DNA of 64,000 bases from the NCBI GenBank assembly GCA_937930025.1, contig CALGJW010000242.1:842-64841 (forward strand). Direction: 5' to 3'. The notes beneath the pieces were generated by a model. The model saw nothing but the letters and a program-made list of their open reading frames with translations, made no database searches and was not told where the DNA came from. A program made the position numbers and the translations under genes. This document shows positions 47,081-57,075 of the stretch, piece by piece (position 1 is the stretch's first letter; every line of letters starts with the position of its first letter). Source of the DNA: an uncultured Saprospiraceae bacterium. GTDB lineage: Bacteria > Bacteroidota > Bacteroidia > Chitinophagales > Saprospiraceae.

Positions 47081-47990
47081 CCTTGAGTTGTTCTTTTAAG
47101 ATTGGAAGAAGTTTTTGAATGCCCGCTGTATTTAAGTGGTGATGGTCGTAAAAATATTTTGGCTCTGTTACGGCTTGTTTTAGATCAATATAATTAACCA
47201 ACCCCTTTTTATCTAGCGCTCTACAATATTCCTTCAACCTTTTTTGGCCCGGCCACTTTTCAAATAAAATTGGCGTTTCCAACAAAGTTACTTTGATACC
47301 TTTTTCTCGGGCCAATGAAATAATTTCTTCCAAATAAGAAACGCTTTGAATAAAATTTGGCTCTCTTAGCCCGTTAGGAAAGGCTAATTCGAATCCTTTT
47401 TCAACTACCAACGAATCCATCTTATTCAAAAAATTCAAATTATTTTGTGCCTTGTTCGGTTTAAGAAAAACCCAAGAGGGCTTCCATTTCGTTTTAATGT
47501 AATGTAAAAGTCTAGACTTTTTATTAGGAGCTGGATGGAAAATATATTGCGATACAAATGACAGACTTAAGGGTTCTTCAAAAAAAGTTGTGGTAATCGA
47601 ATCTAGATGATTGCCATAAAGGTGCGGGGAAGAAACAGTGTATATCAACTGCTTAAACTTGTATCCACTTTTGAGCAAATATTTAAAATAAAAAAGTTGA
47701 TCATTTACTCCGCAGATTCCTCGGCCTTGGCCCATGTTTAAAACTTTGGAATTTAATTCTTTTTCTAATGCTTCATGTTGATTGTATCTTGAAAAATTTC
47801 TAGCGTGGGAATTTCCAAGTATTAACAAATCAAACTCTTTTTTATCAGACAACACCAGCAAGTTACTTTCACTATTTCCATTATTAAAATTCCTTTTTTG
47901 AACAATATAAGAGCCTAGCATGGGCACAACCAATGCTAACCCGCAAAAGAGCAAAAGAAAAACAACTATTTTTTTAATAAATTCTATCAA
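47073..47990 (-). CDS. Membrane-anchored partner of the MBOAT acyltransferase (possibly DltD/AlgJ-like)
   Basis: The TTG start overlaps the MBOAT stop (TTGA). One N-terminal TM helix. DLLILGNSHARNF resembles a degenerate SGNH block I. Function is inferred mainly from the position after an MBOAT gene. Confidence 0.4.
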   Translation of the reverse strand: MIEFIKKIVVFLLLFCGLALVVPMLGSYIVQKRNFNNGNSESNLLVLSDKKEFDLLILGNSHARNFSRYNQHEALEKELNSKVLNMGQGRGICGVNDQLFYFKYLLKSGYKFKQLIYTVSSPHLYGNHLDSITTTFFEEPLSLSFVSQYIFHPAPNKKSRLLHYIKTKWKPSWVFLKPNKAQNNLNFLNKMDSLVVEKGFELAFPNGLREPNFIQSVSYLEEIISLAREKGIKVTLLETPILFEKWPGQKRLKEYCRALDKKGLVNYIDLKQAVTEPKYFYDHHHLNTAGIQKLLPILKEQLKVN

Positions 47991-49408
47991 AATGCAAAAT
48001 ATATAAAACTCGTACTATCCATTTTTCCCAATAACAAAATAAGCATGCTAATTCCTAAATATAAAGTCCACCTGAATACGGTTGGTTTGTTTTCAATACT
48101 TAAACCATGTAATTTTTTTCTGTGAAACCATTCGATTACCAGCATTACAATAATCGAAATTAAAACCACATTCAATCGAAAAGGAGCACCCCTATATTCA
48201 TTTGGAATTAACATTCCGTTTAAATAATTCAGTGCTGTTGAAATATCAGGTGCACGAAAAAAAACCCAGGCTACCGTTACTAATATAAATGTGAAAATAA
48301 TTTTAAGTCCCTGAGCGATCCAGTTGCCACTACCTTTATCTACAATGCTCACATTAATTCTATTCTTCTTGGCTAGAATCAAGGGTATAAATAAAATAGC
48401 ATGAACTGCGCCCCAAGCTACGAAAGTCCAATTCGCCCCATGCCAAAACCCACTTACCATAAAAATTATAAAAACGTTTCTTACAATTGAGGCTTTGTTT
48501 CCTCGGCTGCCACCCAATGGAATGTATAAATAGTCCCTAAACCATGTGGATAAAGAAATATGCCATCTTCTCCAAAATTCTGCTACATCTCTTGAGAAAT
48601 ACGGAAAGGCAAAATTTTGTTTTAATTCCATTCCAAACAATCTTGCAGTGCCAATTGCAATATCTGAATAACCAGAAAAATCGCAATAAATTTGAAAAGC
48701 AAAAAGAAATGCTCCAAGCCAAAGTGCTAGCATTGACATATCTTGATATCCCGCAAAGATTTGATCTACTATTGGTGCACAATTGTCAGCCACCACTATT
48801 TTCTTAAAAAAGCCCCAAAGCATTTGTCTTAACCCATCAGTTGCTTTGGCATAATCAAATTTTCTTGTTTGACTGAATTGTGGTAACAAATTTTTCGCAC
48901 GTTCGATTGGGCCAGCAACCAGTTGAGGAAAGAATGCTACGAAGGCAAAGAACGCCACTGGGTCGTTGCTTGCCTTTAGCTTGCCTCGATATATGTCAAT
49001 ACTATAGCTAAGTGTTTGAAAAGTATAGAAGCTAATTCCCACTGGCAATATTATTTGCAAACTAAAACTACTAGGATCTAATCCGAACAAAGTGGCAAAT
49101 GAACCGAGGAAGAAATTGAAATATTTGAAAAAGCATAGCATTCCAAGATTAACAACAAGACTTAAGGCTAACCATCTCTTCCTTTTATGGTCTTTGCTGG
49201 ATTCCTCAATCTTTCTCCCAACGACATAATCAACAGCAGAACTAATTATTATAAGCCCAAGAAATCGATAATCCCACCAAGCATAAAAGACATAACTCGC
49301 TATTAAAAGCAGTAAATTTTGGGCTTGGACCTGCTTTTTTCCTATTAGCCAATAGCTCGCAAAGGCTATTGGAAGAAAAAATAGAAAAGGAAATGAATTA
49401 AAAAGCAT
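47987..49408 (-). CDS. MBOAT-family membrane O-acyltransferase (AlgI/DltB/PatA-like)
   Basis: MLFNSFPFLFFLP, FSGYSDIAIGTARLFG, FWRRWHISLSTWFRDYLYIPLGGSR, SGFWHGANW (conserved His). Confidence 0.9.
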   Translation of the reverse strand: MLFNSFPFLFFLPIAFASYWLIGKKQVQAQNLLLLIASYVFYAWWDYRFLGLIIISSAVDYVVGRKIEESSKDHKRKRWLALSLVVNLGMLCFFKYFNFFLGSFATLFGLDPSSFSLQIILPVGISFYTFQTLSYSIDIYRGKLKASNDPVAFFAFVAFFPQLVAGPIERAKNLLPQFSQTRKFDYAKATDGLRQMLWGFFKKIVVADNCAPIVDQIFAGYQDMSMLALWLGAFLFAFQIYCDFSGYSDIAIGTARLFGMELKQNFAFPYFSRDVAEFWRRWHISLSTWFRDYLYIPLGGSRGNKASIVRNVFIIFMVSGFWHGANWTFVAWGAVHAILFIPLILAKKNRINVSIVDKGSGNWIAQGLKIIFTFILVTVAWVFFRAPDISTALNYLNGMLIPNEYRGAPFRLNVVLISIIVMLVIEWFHRKKLHGLSIENKPTVFRWTLYLGISMLILLLGKMDSTSFIYFAF

Positions 49409-49587
49409 AGCCTACCGAATCGCTTTATTTCTTGCTAAGGTAAGAAGTGGAGGGAACTAGGTACATCAATTAAAAATTTCCTTTGGAAAACGGCTTTTTT
49501 GTTGAGATCAGGAAGGGATTGATAAAATCGATCCGCAAAATGGGGGTATGGGTACAACATTCAAAACCTTAAGCCTTTACAGGCGAC

Positions 49588-49670
49588 TTTTTTGGTATAA
49601 GCAATGATCAGGAGCAAGCTCCAACCATTGCTTATACCAAAAAAGCTCCAGTTCTTGCGAACTGAAGCTT
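49588..49670 (-). terminator. Two consecutive hairpins downstream of tRNA-Cys
   Basis: Hairpin proximal to the tRNA: 49643-49670, a 12-bp stem with one mismatch, followed on the minus strand by a T run. Distal hairpin: a perfect 19-bp stem (TTTTTTGGTATAAGCAATG 49588-49606 with CATTGCTTATACCAAAAAA 49626-49644) and an inner GGAGC-AA-GCTCC stem. Confidence 0.6.
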
Positions 49671-49681
49671 TTTGAATATTG

Positions 49682-49752
49682 AGGTCGGGAACGGATTCGA
49701 ACCGCCGTACGAGGTTTTGCAGACCTCTGCCTAGCCACTCGGCCACCCGACC
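49682..49752 (-). tRNA. tRNA-Cys (GCA)
   Basis: The reverse complement GGTCGGG-TG-GCCGAGTGGCTAGGC-A-GAGGT-CTGCAAA-ACCTC-GTAC-GGCGG-TTCGAAT-CCGTT-CCCGACC-T folds as a cloverleaf. Anticodon GCA, T-loop TTCGAAT, discriminator U as expected for tRNA-Cys, and no encoded CCA. Confidence 0.9.
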
Positions 49753-49835
49753 GTAGTCCATTTTCCAATGGGAGGGCAAATATAAAGGAATTTTCTTTTT
49801 AACCGCCCGAAAATAATAAACGCTGAAATAAACAG

Positions 49836-50876
49836 TTAGTTGCTAGCTTCAGCCATTTTTATTCCAGCTTTCGAATTTGTGTGAATATTTTTAGAAATTT
49901 TAAATCGGAAGGTGGTCCCTAATCCGACTTCAGACTCAAAACTGATGTCTCCATCATGAAGTAGCGCAATTTTGCGACATATTGCCAGTCCCATTCCTGT
50001 TCCCGGTCGCTCTTGGTTATTTAGCCGTTGAAAGGGTTGAAAAGCCTTATCGTGAAATTTTTGGTCCATTCCCACCCCATTGTCTTTTACGGTAAATAGA
50101 AAGCCCTCATTGTCTTCAATACAAGAAACTTTAACTATAGGGTCATTTAACCCTCGAAATTTAATGGCGTTTCCAATAAGATTTTGAAAAATCTGTATGA
50201 CACTTGATCGGTTAGCATAAATTGCCTTTGGTAAAGGTTCTATTTCCAGTGTTCCTTTATTCTCCTCAATATCTCTAGTAAGATTAAATTTTACTAGTTC
50301 GAGAACCTCGTTAAGGTCCAAAATTTGAAAATCTCCCTGATTAACACCGACTCTTGAATAGTGCAATAAGTCATCAATAACGGTATTCATTTGGCGAATA
50401 CCCTTCACTATAAATGATAAATACTCTTTTGTATGTTCGTCCAGTTTTCCGGCCAAGCGTTTTTCTAGCAACTGAGAAAAAGTACCAATTGTCCTCAAAG
50501 GACTTTTTAAATCATGGGAAGCTATGTATGAAAATTGCTCTAGTTCGTCGTACGAATTTTCTAGTTCTTTTACTTTTTTAGTGAGCGCTTGGCTTTGTTG
50601 GTCTACTAATAACTTCTGATTTGTCAAAGCTTGTTTTTGTTTTTCAAGCTTATCGTTTATCTCGGCTATTTCTATTTGCTTTTCTGTTAAATCGTCAATT
50701 GTTTTATTTAAAAACTTCTCGGTAATAGTTTTTTCAACTTGAATTCGATTGATTCTAAAATCATTATTTCTTACATCCTTTTTCACACATAGAATTGATT
50801 CCATGAGTTCAGCTTTAACCGCTGGATCAATTTCCAGCGTTTCCACTATTTGAAGGATGTTATTGATTTTACTCAT
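49836..50876 (-). CDS. Cytoplasmic sensor histidine kinase (coiled-coil N-terminus + HisKA + HATPase_c)
   Basis: H-box FSYIASHDLKSPLRTI, N-box QNLIGNAIKF, G1 VKDNGVGM, G2 GTGMGLAICRKI. No TM segment or recognisable sensor domain. Confidence 0.85.
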   Translation of the reverse strand: MSKINNILQIVETLEIDPAVKAELMESILCVKKDVRNNDFRINRIQVEKTITEKFLNKTIDDLTEKQIEIAEINDKLEKQKQALTNQKLLVDQQSQALTKKVKELENSYDELEQFSYIASHDLKSPLRTIGTFSQLLEKRLAGKLDEHTKEYLSFIVKGIRQMNTVIDDLLHYSRVGVNQGDFQILDLNEVLELVKFNLTRDIEENKGTLEIEPLPKAIYANRSSVIQIFQNLIGNAIKFRGLNDPIVKVSCIEDNEGFLFTVKDNGVGMDQKFHDKAFQPFQRLNNQERPGTGMGLAICRKIALLHDGDISFESEVGLGTTFRFKISKNIHTNSKAGIKMAEASN

Positions 50877-50903
50877 TATTTATTTCCCAATTAAATGGTA
50901 ATC

Positions 50904-52040
50904 CTATTTTTCTTTCAACAAAACCAAAGAGCTAGTAATGTTGTGAAATTCACAATTCCCATTTCTTGTTTTACCAATTTCTCCTAATGTAAAAGCTCCA
51001 ATCATTGGCGCATTCCAAGCTTTTTGAATGCCTGTGAGTTCATCTTCAATTAATGGACCCAAAGCTGCGTGTCTACCAATACAAGAAAACAATAGTAGCG
51101 CATCCGCTTTGCTTGCATCTTCTCGTGCAAACGAATCAAATTCTTTTACTGTTTTATTAATCACTTCAAATCCTGGCGAAGCGGAGAACCTGAAATTTTG
51201 TCCTTGTTCTACGCTTCCACCCATAATCAATGAGCGATTTTCCAAGTCTGCAATTATAGGTGATCTTAGTACACTCTCTCCGCTATCTTTTTCTATTTGA
51301 AAAGGGTATTGCCCTGAAATCATTTTATGCGTATCTGTATTTGTCGCTGAAGCGTCCTCGAAAAATCCAAAATAATCTATGAATACATCCAATGCTGGCC
51401 TTCCATTAATTTGCTCTACTTGGTTTCCAGTTGCCTTAGTAATAGTATGCGGAATCCCGATCGGCTCCCAACCTGAAGTTGCCATACCATTCACTTCTAT
51501 TTTGTCATTGTCAAAAACAATGCACACCATTCCATCTGCATACACTCCATCTGAACAACATGCCCATACTTTATCATTTCCTTGATCATTCGCAGCCAAT
51601 CCTCCAAAAATTGGAATGTCTTTTTGAAAGGCATCATTAATTCCATTTATCACTGATTGTCCGTCAAGTCCATATTTGCTACAACAAATAATCATTGCTG
51701 AATTGTCGAAATATGTTGCTGCTTTATTTCCCAGGTCAAATGCACTTTGATAAATCGTTCTATCATTAATTGGTTCTGAGCAGATCCTAAATGTATCTGT
51801 TGGCATATCAAACAACATTACACTAATTGAAGAATTAGTAACATCTTGATTGGTAATTTCACCAGCACTCGAAAATGCTACAAAAGGAATATTAACTGAA
51901 TTAAAAACCTCTTGGACTTTATTTGAATCAAATATTATTGAAGAAAAACAGACCGACAATGTGGGTTTAAATTGATCAAAACTTTCTAGCTTTGATTTTA
52001 AACTCTCCAAGTTTGAAGCACTAATAGTTTTAGCCTGCAT
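50904..52040 (-). CDS. FIST-domain (FIST_N + FIST_C) signal-sensing protein
   Basis: 378 aa, cytoplasmic. C-terminal LLLFSCIGRHAALGP...E....AWNAPMIGAFTLGEIG matches the FIST_C pattern. It lies 27 nt upstream of the kinase on the same strand. Confidence 0.75.
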   Translation of the reverse strand: MQAKTISASNLESLKSKLESFDQFKPTLSVCFSSIIFDSNKVQEVFNSVNIPFVAFSSAGEITNQDVTNSSISVMLFDMPTDTFRICSEPINDRTIYQSAFDLGNKAATYFDNSAMIICCSKYGLDGQSVINGINDAFQKDIPIFGGLAANDQGNDKVWACCSDGVYADGMVCIVFDNDKIEVNGMATSGWEPIGIPHTITKATGNQVEQINGRPALDVFIDYFGFFEDASATNTDTHKMISGQYPFQIEKDSGESVLRSPIIADLENRSLIMGGSVEQGQNFRFSASPGFEVINKTVKEFDSFAREDASKADALLLFSCIGRHAALGPLIEDELTGIQKAWNAPMIGAFTLGEIGKTRNGNCEFHNITSSLVLLKEK

Positions 52041-52183
52041 AAATAATAGTGTTTAATAGATTAAGAAATCTGTATAGTTTGTGATTCGGTCTTTATCGAG
52101 CAATTAAGTGATAGAATCTAGACTAGAAAAGGAACAAAAAAAATGCCACCTTTCTACTCTGTCACAATTAGAAACGCTGGAAA

Positions 52184-52723
52184 ATGAATTTAACATTACT
52201 TAAATATCCTATAGGAGGCTTTGAATATCAGCCAGATGGACAAATACTTAGCTATTTAGACCGAATTGAAAACGCACCAACTGAAATAGAAAATTTGGTT
52301 AGCAACTTAAACGATGATGAGTTGAATTGGCGATATCGTCCAGGCGGGTGGAATCTTTTCACCCTTGTTCATCATATTTCAGATAGCCACATGAATGCCT
52401 ACATTCGCTTGAAAATTGCCTGTACAGAAAGCGGAAAAGCGATTTCTCCATACGATGAAAAGGCATGGGCGGAGCTGGATGAGAACAACATTAGCTCCGT
52501 AAATGATTCAATTCAACTTTTATTTTTTCTGCATCGAAAATGGGTCACATTTTTAAAGGAACTGAGTCTTGAAGATCTTGAAAAAACCTATTTTCATCCT
52601 TCTAGCCAAAAACATGTGTCTATTCGAGAAGCCATTCAGCTTTACGCTTGGCATTCTGATCACCATATTGCTCATATAAAACAAGGCATTTCGGCTCAAG
52701 GAAAATATGGGCCAACTGAATAA
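52184..52723 (+). CDS. DinB/YfiT-family metal-dependent hydrolase or bacillithiol transferase-like protein
   Basis: YPIGGFEY, WRYRPGGWNLFTLVHHISDSHMNAYIRLK, YAWHSDHHIAHI (His triad of the DinB fold). Confidence 0.8.
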   Translation: MNLTLLKYPIGGFEYQPDGQILSYLDRIENAPTEIENLVSNLNDDELNWRYRPGGWNLFTLVHHISDSHMNAYIRLKIACTESGKAISPYDEKAWAELDENNISSVNDSIQLLFFLHRKWVTFLKELSLEDLEKTYFHPSSQKHVSIREAIQLYAWHSDHHIAHIKQGISAQGKYGPTE

Positions 52724-52812
52724 AGCAGTTTGCAAATTGGTTATGGCAAATTGGACTAATAAAAAAGGCCCCTGAATAAGGAGCCTTAGTTTATTATACA
52801 GCTGTCGGACTT

Positions 52813-55800
52813 TTACTTGCCATGACAATGCTTATATTTTTTCCCGCTACCACAAGGGCAGGGATTGTTTCTACCAACTTTGGGTTCTTCTCGTCTCACA
52901 GTTTCAACGGGAGCTCTTTGCGAACCAGCACCTTGAGCCGCTGCTCGGGCCCTCATTTCACTTTCTGATCTTGCGTTCTGGTTCGTTCTGACCTTAGAAA
53001 AATCTGAACGCTGTTGACGTGCTTCTTCTATAGTTTTTCCATCACTAAAAATAACCGTACCCTTAGCTAGGTAAGAGGTTACTTGTTCGTTGATGCTATG
53101 AATTAATCCTTCAAATAATTCGTAAGCTTCCATTTTGTAAATTACCAAAGGGTCTTTTTGCTCAAACGAAGCTGCCTGTACGGACTCTTTCAATTCATCC
53201 ATGGAACGCAAATGTTCCTTCCATTCATCATCTATAACAGCCAAAGCAATTGCCTTTTCTATATCAAGCATGATGGTGTCCCCGTCGCTTTCTACGCCTT
53301 CCTTAAGGTTCGCTGCTATTGGTAAGTTTCTAGCACTTCCATCCGTATAAGGAACAGCGATACGCTTATATCGATGCCCTTCGTTTTCATAAACTTGCTT
53401 AATTAATGGTAACAACACTTCCTTAATATCCTCTGATTTGCGTTTGTACTTTTCTTCGAACTGTTTTAGTAACGCATCATATAAGTCCTCAATAGGAGCA
53501 GATTGAAATGCTGCTTCATCAATCGTTGGATTGATTCCTATTAAGCGTAAACAATCCGTTTTGAAATTAGGATAATCTCCTGCTCCATGGTGAGCATCAA
53601 TTAATGCTTCCACTAAACCAGTAAACATATTATGCAAATCCACAGAAAGCCTTTGTCCTGATAACGCATTTTCACGTTTCTTATAAATTGCCTCCCGTTG
53701 AATATTCATTACATCATCATACTCCAGAAGTCGTTTACGAATTCCAAAGTTGTTTTCTTCGACTTTCTTTTGCGCTCTTTCAATGGACTTGGTCACCATT
53801 GGATGTTGAATCATTTCTCCATCTTCATGCCCCATCCTATCCATAACTTTAGCAATCTTTTCTGATTGGAAAAGTCGCATCAAATTATCTTCCAGAGACA
53901 CATAAAACTGAGAGCTACCTGAATCTCCTTGCCTTCCTGCCCGTCCTCTTAACTGCCTATCAACTCGTCTACTATCATGTCGCTCTGTTCCAATAATAGC
54001 TAATCCTCCTGCCGCAATAACTTCTTTAGAAAGTTTAATATCTGTTCCACGACCAGCCATGTTGGTTGCAATAGTTACATTCCCTGGGTTACCTGCTTCT
54101 GCAACAACTTCCGCCTCACGTTGATGTTGTTTTGCGTTCAAAACATTATGCTTAATATTTCGCAAATTGAGCATACGACTCAGTTTTTCTGAAATATCTA
54201 CTGATGTAGTTCCGACTAAAACCGGTCGCCCTTGCGAAGTTAGGTTTGTGATTTCTTCAATTACCGCATTGTATTTCTCACGAGCAGTTTTGAAAACCAA
54301 ATCTTCTTTATCATCTCTAGTAATTGGGCGATTAGTTGGAATGACAACTACATCCAATTTGTAGATTTCCCAAAATTCTCCTGCTTCCGTTTCTGCAGTA
54401 CCCGTCATTCCACAAAGCTTATGATACATCCTGAAAAAATTCTGGAGTGTTACCGTCGCATATGTTTGAGTGATATCTCCAACCTTTACATTTTCTTTTG
54501 CTTCTAATGCTTGGTGAAGTCCATCTGAATAACGCCGGCCTTCCATCATTCTACCTGTCTGTTCATCGACTATTTTCACCTGGCCATCCATTACAATATA
54601 TTCCTCATCGTTTTCAAAAAGCGTATATGCTTTTAGTAATTGATTGATGGAGTGAAGTCGTTTTGATTTGATAGAGAAATCTTGGATTAATTGTTCTTGG
54701 TTTTTCTCCTTATCCTCAGCAGAAAGTGATTCATCAGCCTCCAACTCTATCATCCCTTCCGCGATATCCGGCATGATAAAAAAGTTAGGGTCGTCTCCTC
54801 CTTTTGCAAGAAATTCTGCTCCTCTCTCTGTAAGTTCTACTGATTTAGTTTTTTCTATTATGGTAAAAAGAAGAGGTTCATCTACAATGTGCATGTTCTT
54901 CGACTGCTCTTGCATGTAAAAATTCTCCGCTTTTTGAAATTCTACTTTTACTCCATCCTGACTCAAAAATTTAATAAGCGGCCTGTGCTTAGGCAAAGCA
55001 CGAGATGCACGTAAGAGCGCTAATCCCGCCTCTCCTTCTTGTGTTCCAACATTTCCTTCACTGTATAATTTCTTAGCTTCTGCCAAATACCCTGTAGCCA
55101 ATTTTTTCTGAGCACTAAGTAACCCTTCTACTCTCGGTTTAAGTGCTTCATATTCTTGGATCTCAGAACCCTTGGGCACTGGCCCGGAAATAATCAATGG
55201 AGTTCTGGCGTCGTCAATTAAAACTGAATCAACCTCATCAATCATTACAAAATGATGCTTCTTTTGTACTCGCTCCTCAAGCGAGCGCACCATGTTGTCT
55301 CTTAGATAGTCAAAGCCGAATTCATTATTTGTCCCATAAGTGATATCGCACTCATATGCTTTTTTCCGTTCAGGTGAATGTGGTTTGTACTTGTCAATAC
55401 AATCAATCGTTAAGAATAAAAATTCTAGGATTGGACCGATCCATTCGGCATCTCTAAGGGCCAGATAGTTATTTACTGTTACGACGTGGACTCCTTGTCC
55501 AGATAATCCATTTAGATATGCTGGTAAGGTGGCCACCAATGTCTTTCCTTCTCCTGTTGCCATCTCGGCAATCTTTCCATCATGCAAAACCATTCCACCA
55601 ATCAGCTGAACATCATAGTGAATCATATTCCAGGTAATCTCTCCTCCAGCGGCTGTCCAAGTGTTATTCCAAATTGCCTTATCTCCTGAAATGGTTACAT
55701 AGTTTTTCTTAGGATTCGCAGCTATTTCTCGATCTTGCTCGGTAGCGGTTGTTTCCAGTTGCTCATTTTCTGTAAATCTTCGAGCGGTTTCTTTAACTAC

Positions 55801-56145
55801 AGCAAAAGCTTCAGGAAGAATTTCTAATAGCACATCTTCTAAATGCGTATCTCGCTCTTTCCGAAGGGTATCAATTTCATTAAAAACGGATTCTTTTTGA
55901 GTTAAATCAGTTTCAGCATTGGCTTGCTCCTGTAAGTTTCGAATATCTTGATCGATCCCAGCTAAATGCTCGGCAATTCTTTGACGAAATTCTTGCGTTT
56001 TATTACGCAGGCCATCGTTAGACAAAGATTGGAGCTGCTCATAAGCATCATTTATCAGTTGGATTCTAGGACTATAAGCTGCCTTGTCACGGTCAGATTT
56101 GGTACCAAAAACCTTTTTTATAGATTTTGAAATAAAGTCAAACAT
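52813..56145 (-). CDS. secA: Preprotein translocase ATPase SecA
   Basis: 1110 aa. [51 protein letters not shown]-terminal zinc motif [14 protein letters not shown]. Confidence 0.97.
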   Translation of the reverse strand: MFDFISKSIKKVFGTKSDRDKAAYSPRIQLINDAYEQLQSLSNDGLRNKTQEFRQRIAEHLAGIDQDIRNLQEQANAETDLTQKESVFNEIDTLRKERDTHLEDVLLEILPEAFAVVKETARRFTENEQLETTATEQDREIAANPKKNYVTISGDKAIWNNTWTAAGGEITWNMIHYDVQLIGGMVLHDGKIAEMATGEGKTLVATLPAYLNGLSGQGVHVVTVNNYLALRDAEWIGPILEFLFLTIDCIDKYKPHSPERKKAYECDITYGTNNEFGFDYLRDNMVRSLEERVQKKHHFVMIDEVDSVLIDDARTPLIISGPVPKGSEIQEYEALKPRVEGLLSAQKKLATGYLAEAKKLYSEGNVGTQEGEAGLALLRASRALPKHRPLIKFLSQDGVKVEFQKAENFYMQEQSKNMHIVDEPLLFTIIEKTKSVELTERGAEFLAKGGDDPNFFIMPDIAEGMIELEADESLSAEDKEKNQEQLIQDFSIKSKRLHSINQLLKAYTLFENDEEYIVMDGQVKIVDEQTGRMMEGRRYSDGLHQALEAKENVKVGDITQTYATVTLQNFFRMYHKLCGMTGTAETEAGEFWEIYKLDVVVIPTNRPITRDDKEDLVFKTAREKYNAVIEEITNLTSQGRPVLVGTTSVDISEKLSRMLNLRNIKHNVLNAKQHQREAEVVAEAGNPGNVTIATNMAGRGTDIKLSKEVIAAGGLAIIGTERHDSRRVDRQLRGRAGRQGDSGSSQFYVSLEDNLMRLFQSEKIAKVMDRMGHEDGEMIQHPMVTKSIERAQKKVEENNFGIRKRLLEYDDVMNIQREAIYKKRENALSGQRLSVDLHNMFTGLVEALIDAHHGAGDYPNFKTDCLRLIGINPTIDEAAFQSAPIEDLYDALLKQFEEKYKRKSEDIKEVLLPLIKQVYENEGHRYKRIAVPYTDGSARNLPIAANLKEGVESDGDTIMLDIEKAIALAVIDDEWKEHLRSMDELKESVQAASFEQKDPLVIYKMEAYELFEGLIHSINEQVTSYLAKGTVIFSDGKTIEEARQQRSDFSKVRTNQNARSESEMRARAAAQGAGSQRAPVETVRREEPKVGRNNPCPCGSGKKYKHCHGK

Positions 56146-56297
56146 AAAATTATTTAAGAGGTTCCGAAGGAACCTTGGTTGTCTATTGAAACGAATTCCA
56201 AAGATAAATATATTTGCACTGCATAAGGGTCTATTTGGTTACCTCAGAATCCGTACCAACGACCTTTTCCAAAGAATAAACGCCAATATGTCGTTAT

Positions 56298-57071
56298 TTG
56301 ATTAGAATATTTCTCCTTTTTCTGCCAGTAGGGCAGTTTTATCTATCCAAAGCCGTGATTAACAGATTTAAATTTATTACTCTATTTTCTATTTTCCTTT
56401 GTTCCTGCGCCTCAGAACCCAGTTACTTGGATTTATCCGCCTTTTATTTTCCTTATGAAAAGCTTGAGGAGGGTTTGGTTTATGAATATGAACAAGTTGG
56501 TATAGATTCCAGTTCATCAGAATATTGGCTTTTGCAAAGTGTTAAGGAAGTGGATAGTTGGCACTTAATAGGGAAATATTATGATCCTGGATACAATCTA
56601 AGGCAACATTACAGGCAAGAAATTTTTGAAAATGGGACTTTAATCAAGGATTATTCATTGTTTACCCTGGATTCTCTAGGTCAAGAGGTAAGAGTTGATG
56701 CATCTATTAAGCACCCTAATGCCTTTCCTTTCCATTTGAAGGATTCTACCTCCATTCTTGTTACAGAAATGTCTTGGCTTTTCAGTGAATTTCCCAAACA
56801 CCGGACCACCATCGTGCGTAATAGACAGTATGAGGGAAGAGTTCAATTTAAATTTGAAGGAGAACTAAAAGAAGCAATTCGATTTAATCTTAAAGAATTA
56901 GTAGACGACGAGACAATTGGCCATTTAGAAACGGCTTATAACGCATTTGAGATATACGCAATGGACATTGGACTCGTTTACTACTATAAAGAAGTGGGTG
57001 AATCTATTACGGAGCAATTTCAATTAAAAGAAATTCATTCGTTATCCAACTTTGAGGGATTAATTAAATAA
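56298..57071 (+). CDS. Hypothetical lipoprotein
   Basis: The track start is a TTG. An in-frame GTG at 56355 would give MINRFKFITLFSIFLCSCAS, a canonical lipoprotein signal. No recognisable family. Confidence 0.55.
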   Translation: MIRIFLLFLPVGQFYLSKAVINRFKFITLFSIFLCSCASEPSYLDLSAFYFPYEKLEEGLVYEYEQVGIDSSSSEYWLLQSVKEVDSWHLIGKYYDPGYNLRQHYRQEIFENGTLIKDYSLFTLDSLGQEVRVDASIKHPNAFPFHLKDSTSILVTEMSWLFSEFPKHRTTIVRNRQYEGRVQFKFEGELKEAIRFNLKELVDDETIGHLETAYNAFEIYAMDIGLVYYYKEVGESITEQFQLKEIHSLSNFEGLIK

Positions 57072-57075
57072 AAGC

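Noticed and set aside
49561-49779. Track ORFs 49561..49779 and 49577..49768
   Set aside because: They overlap tRNA-Cys and its terminator hairpins on the same strand. The tRNA cloverleaf explains the sequence.
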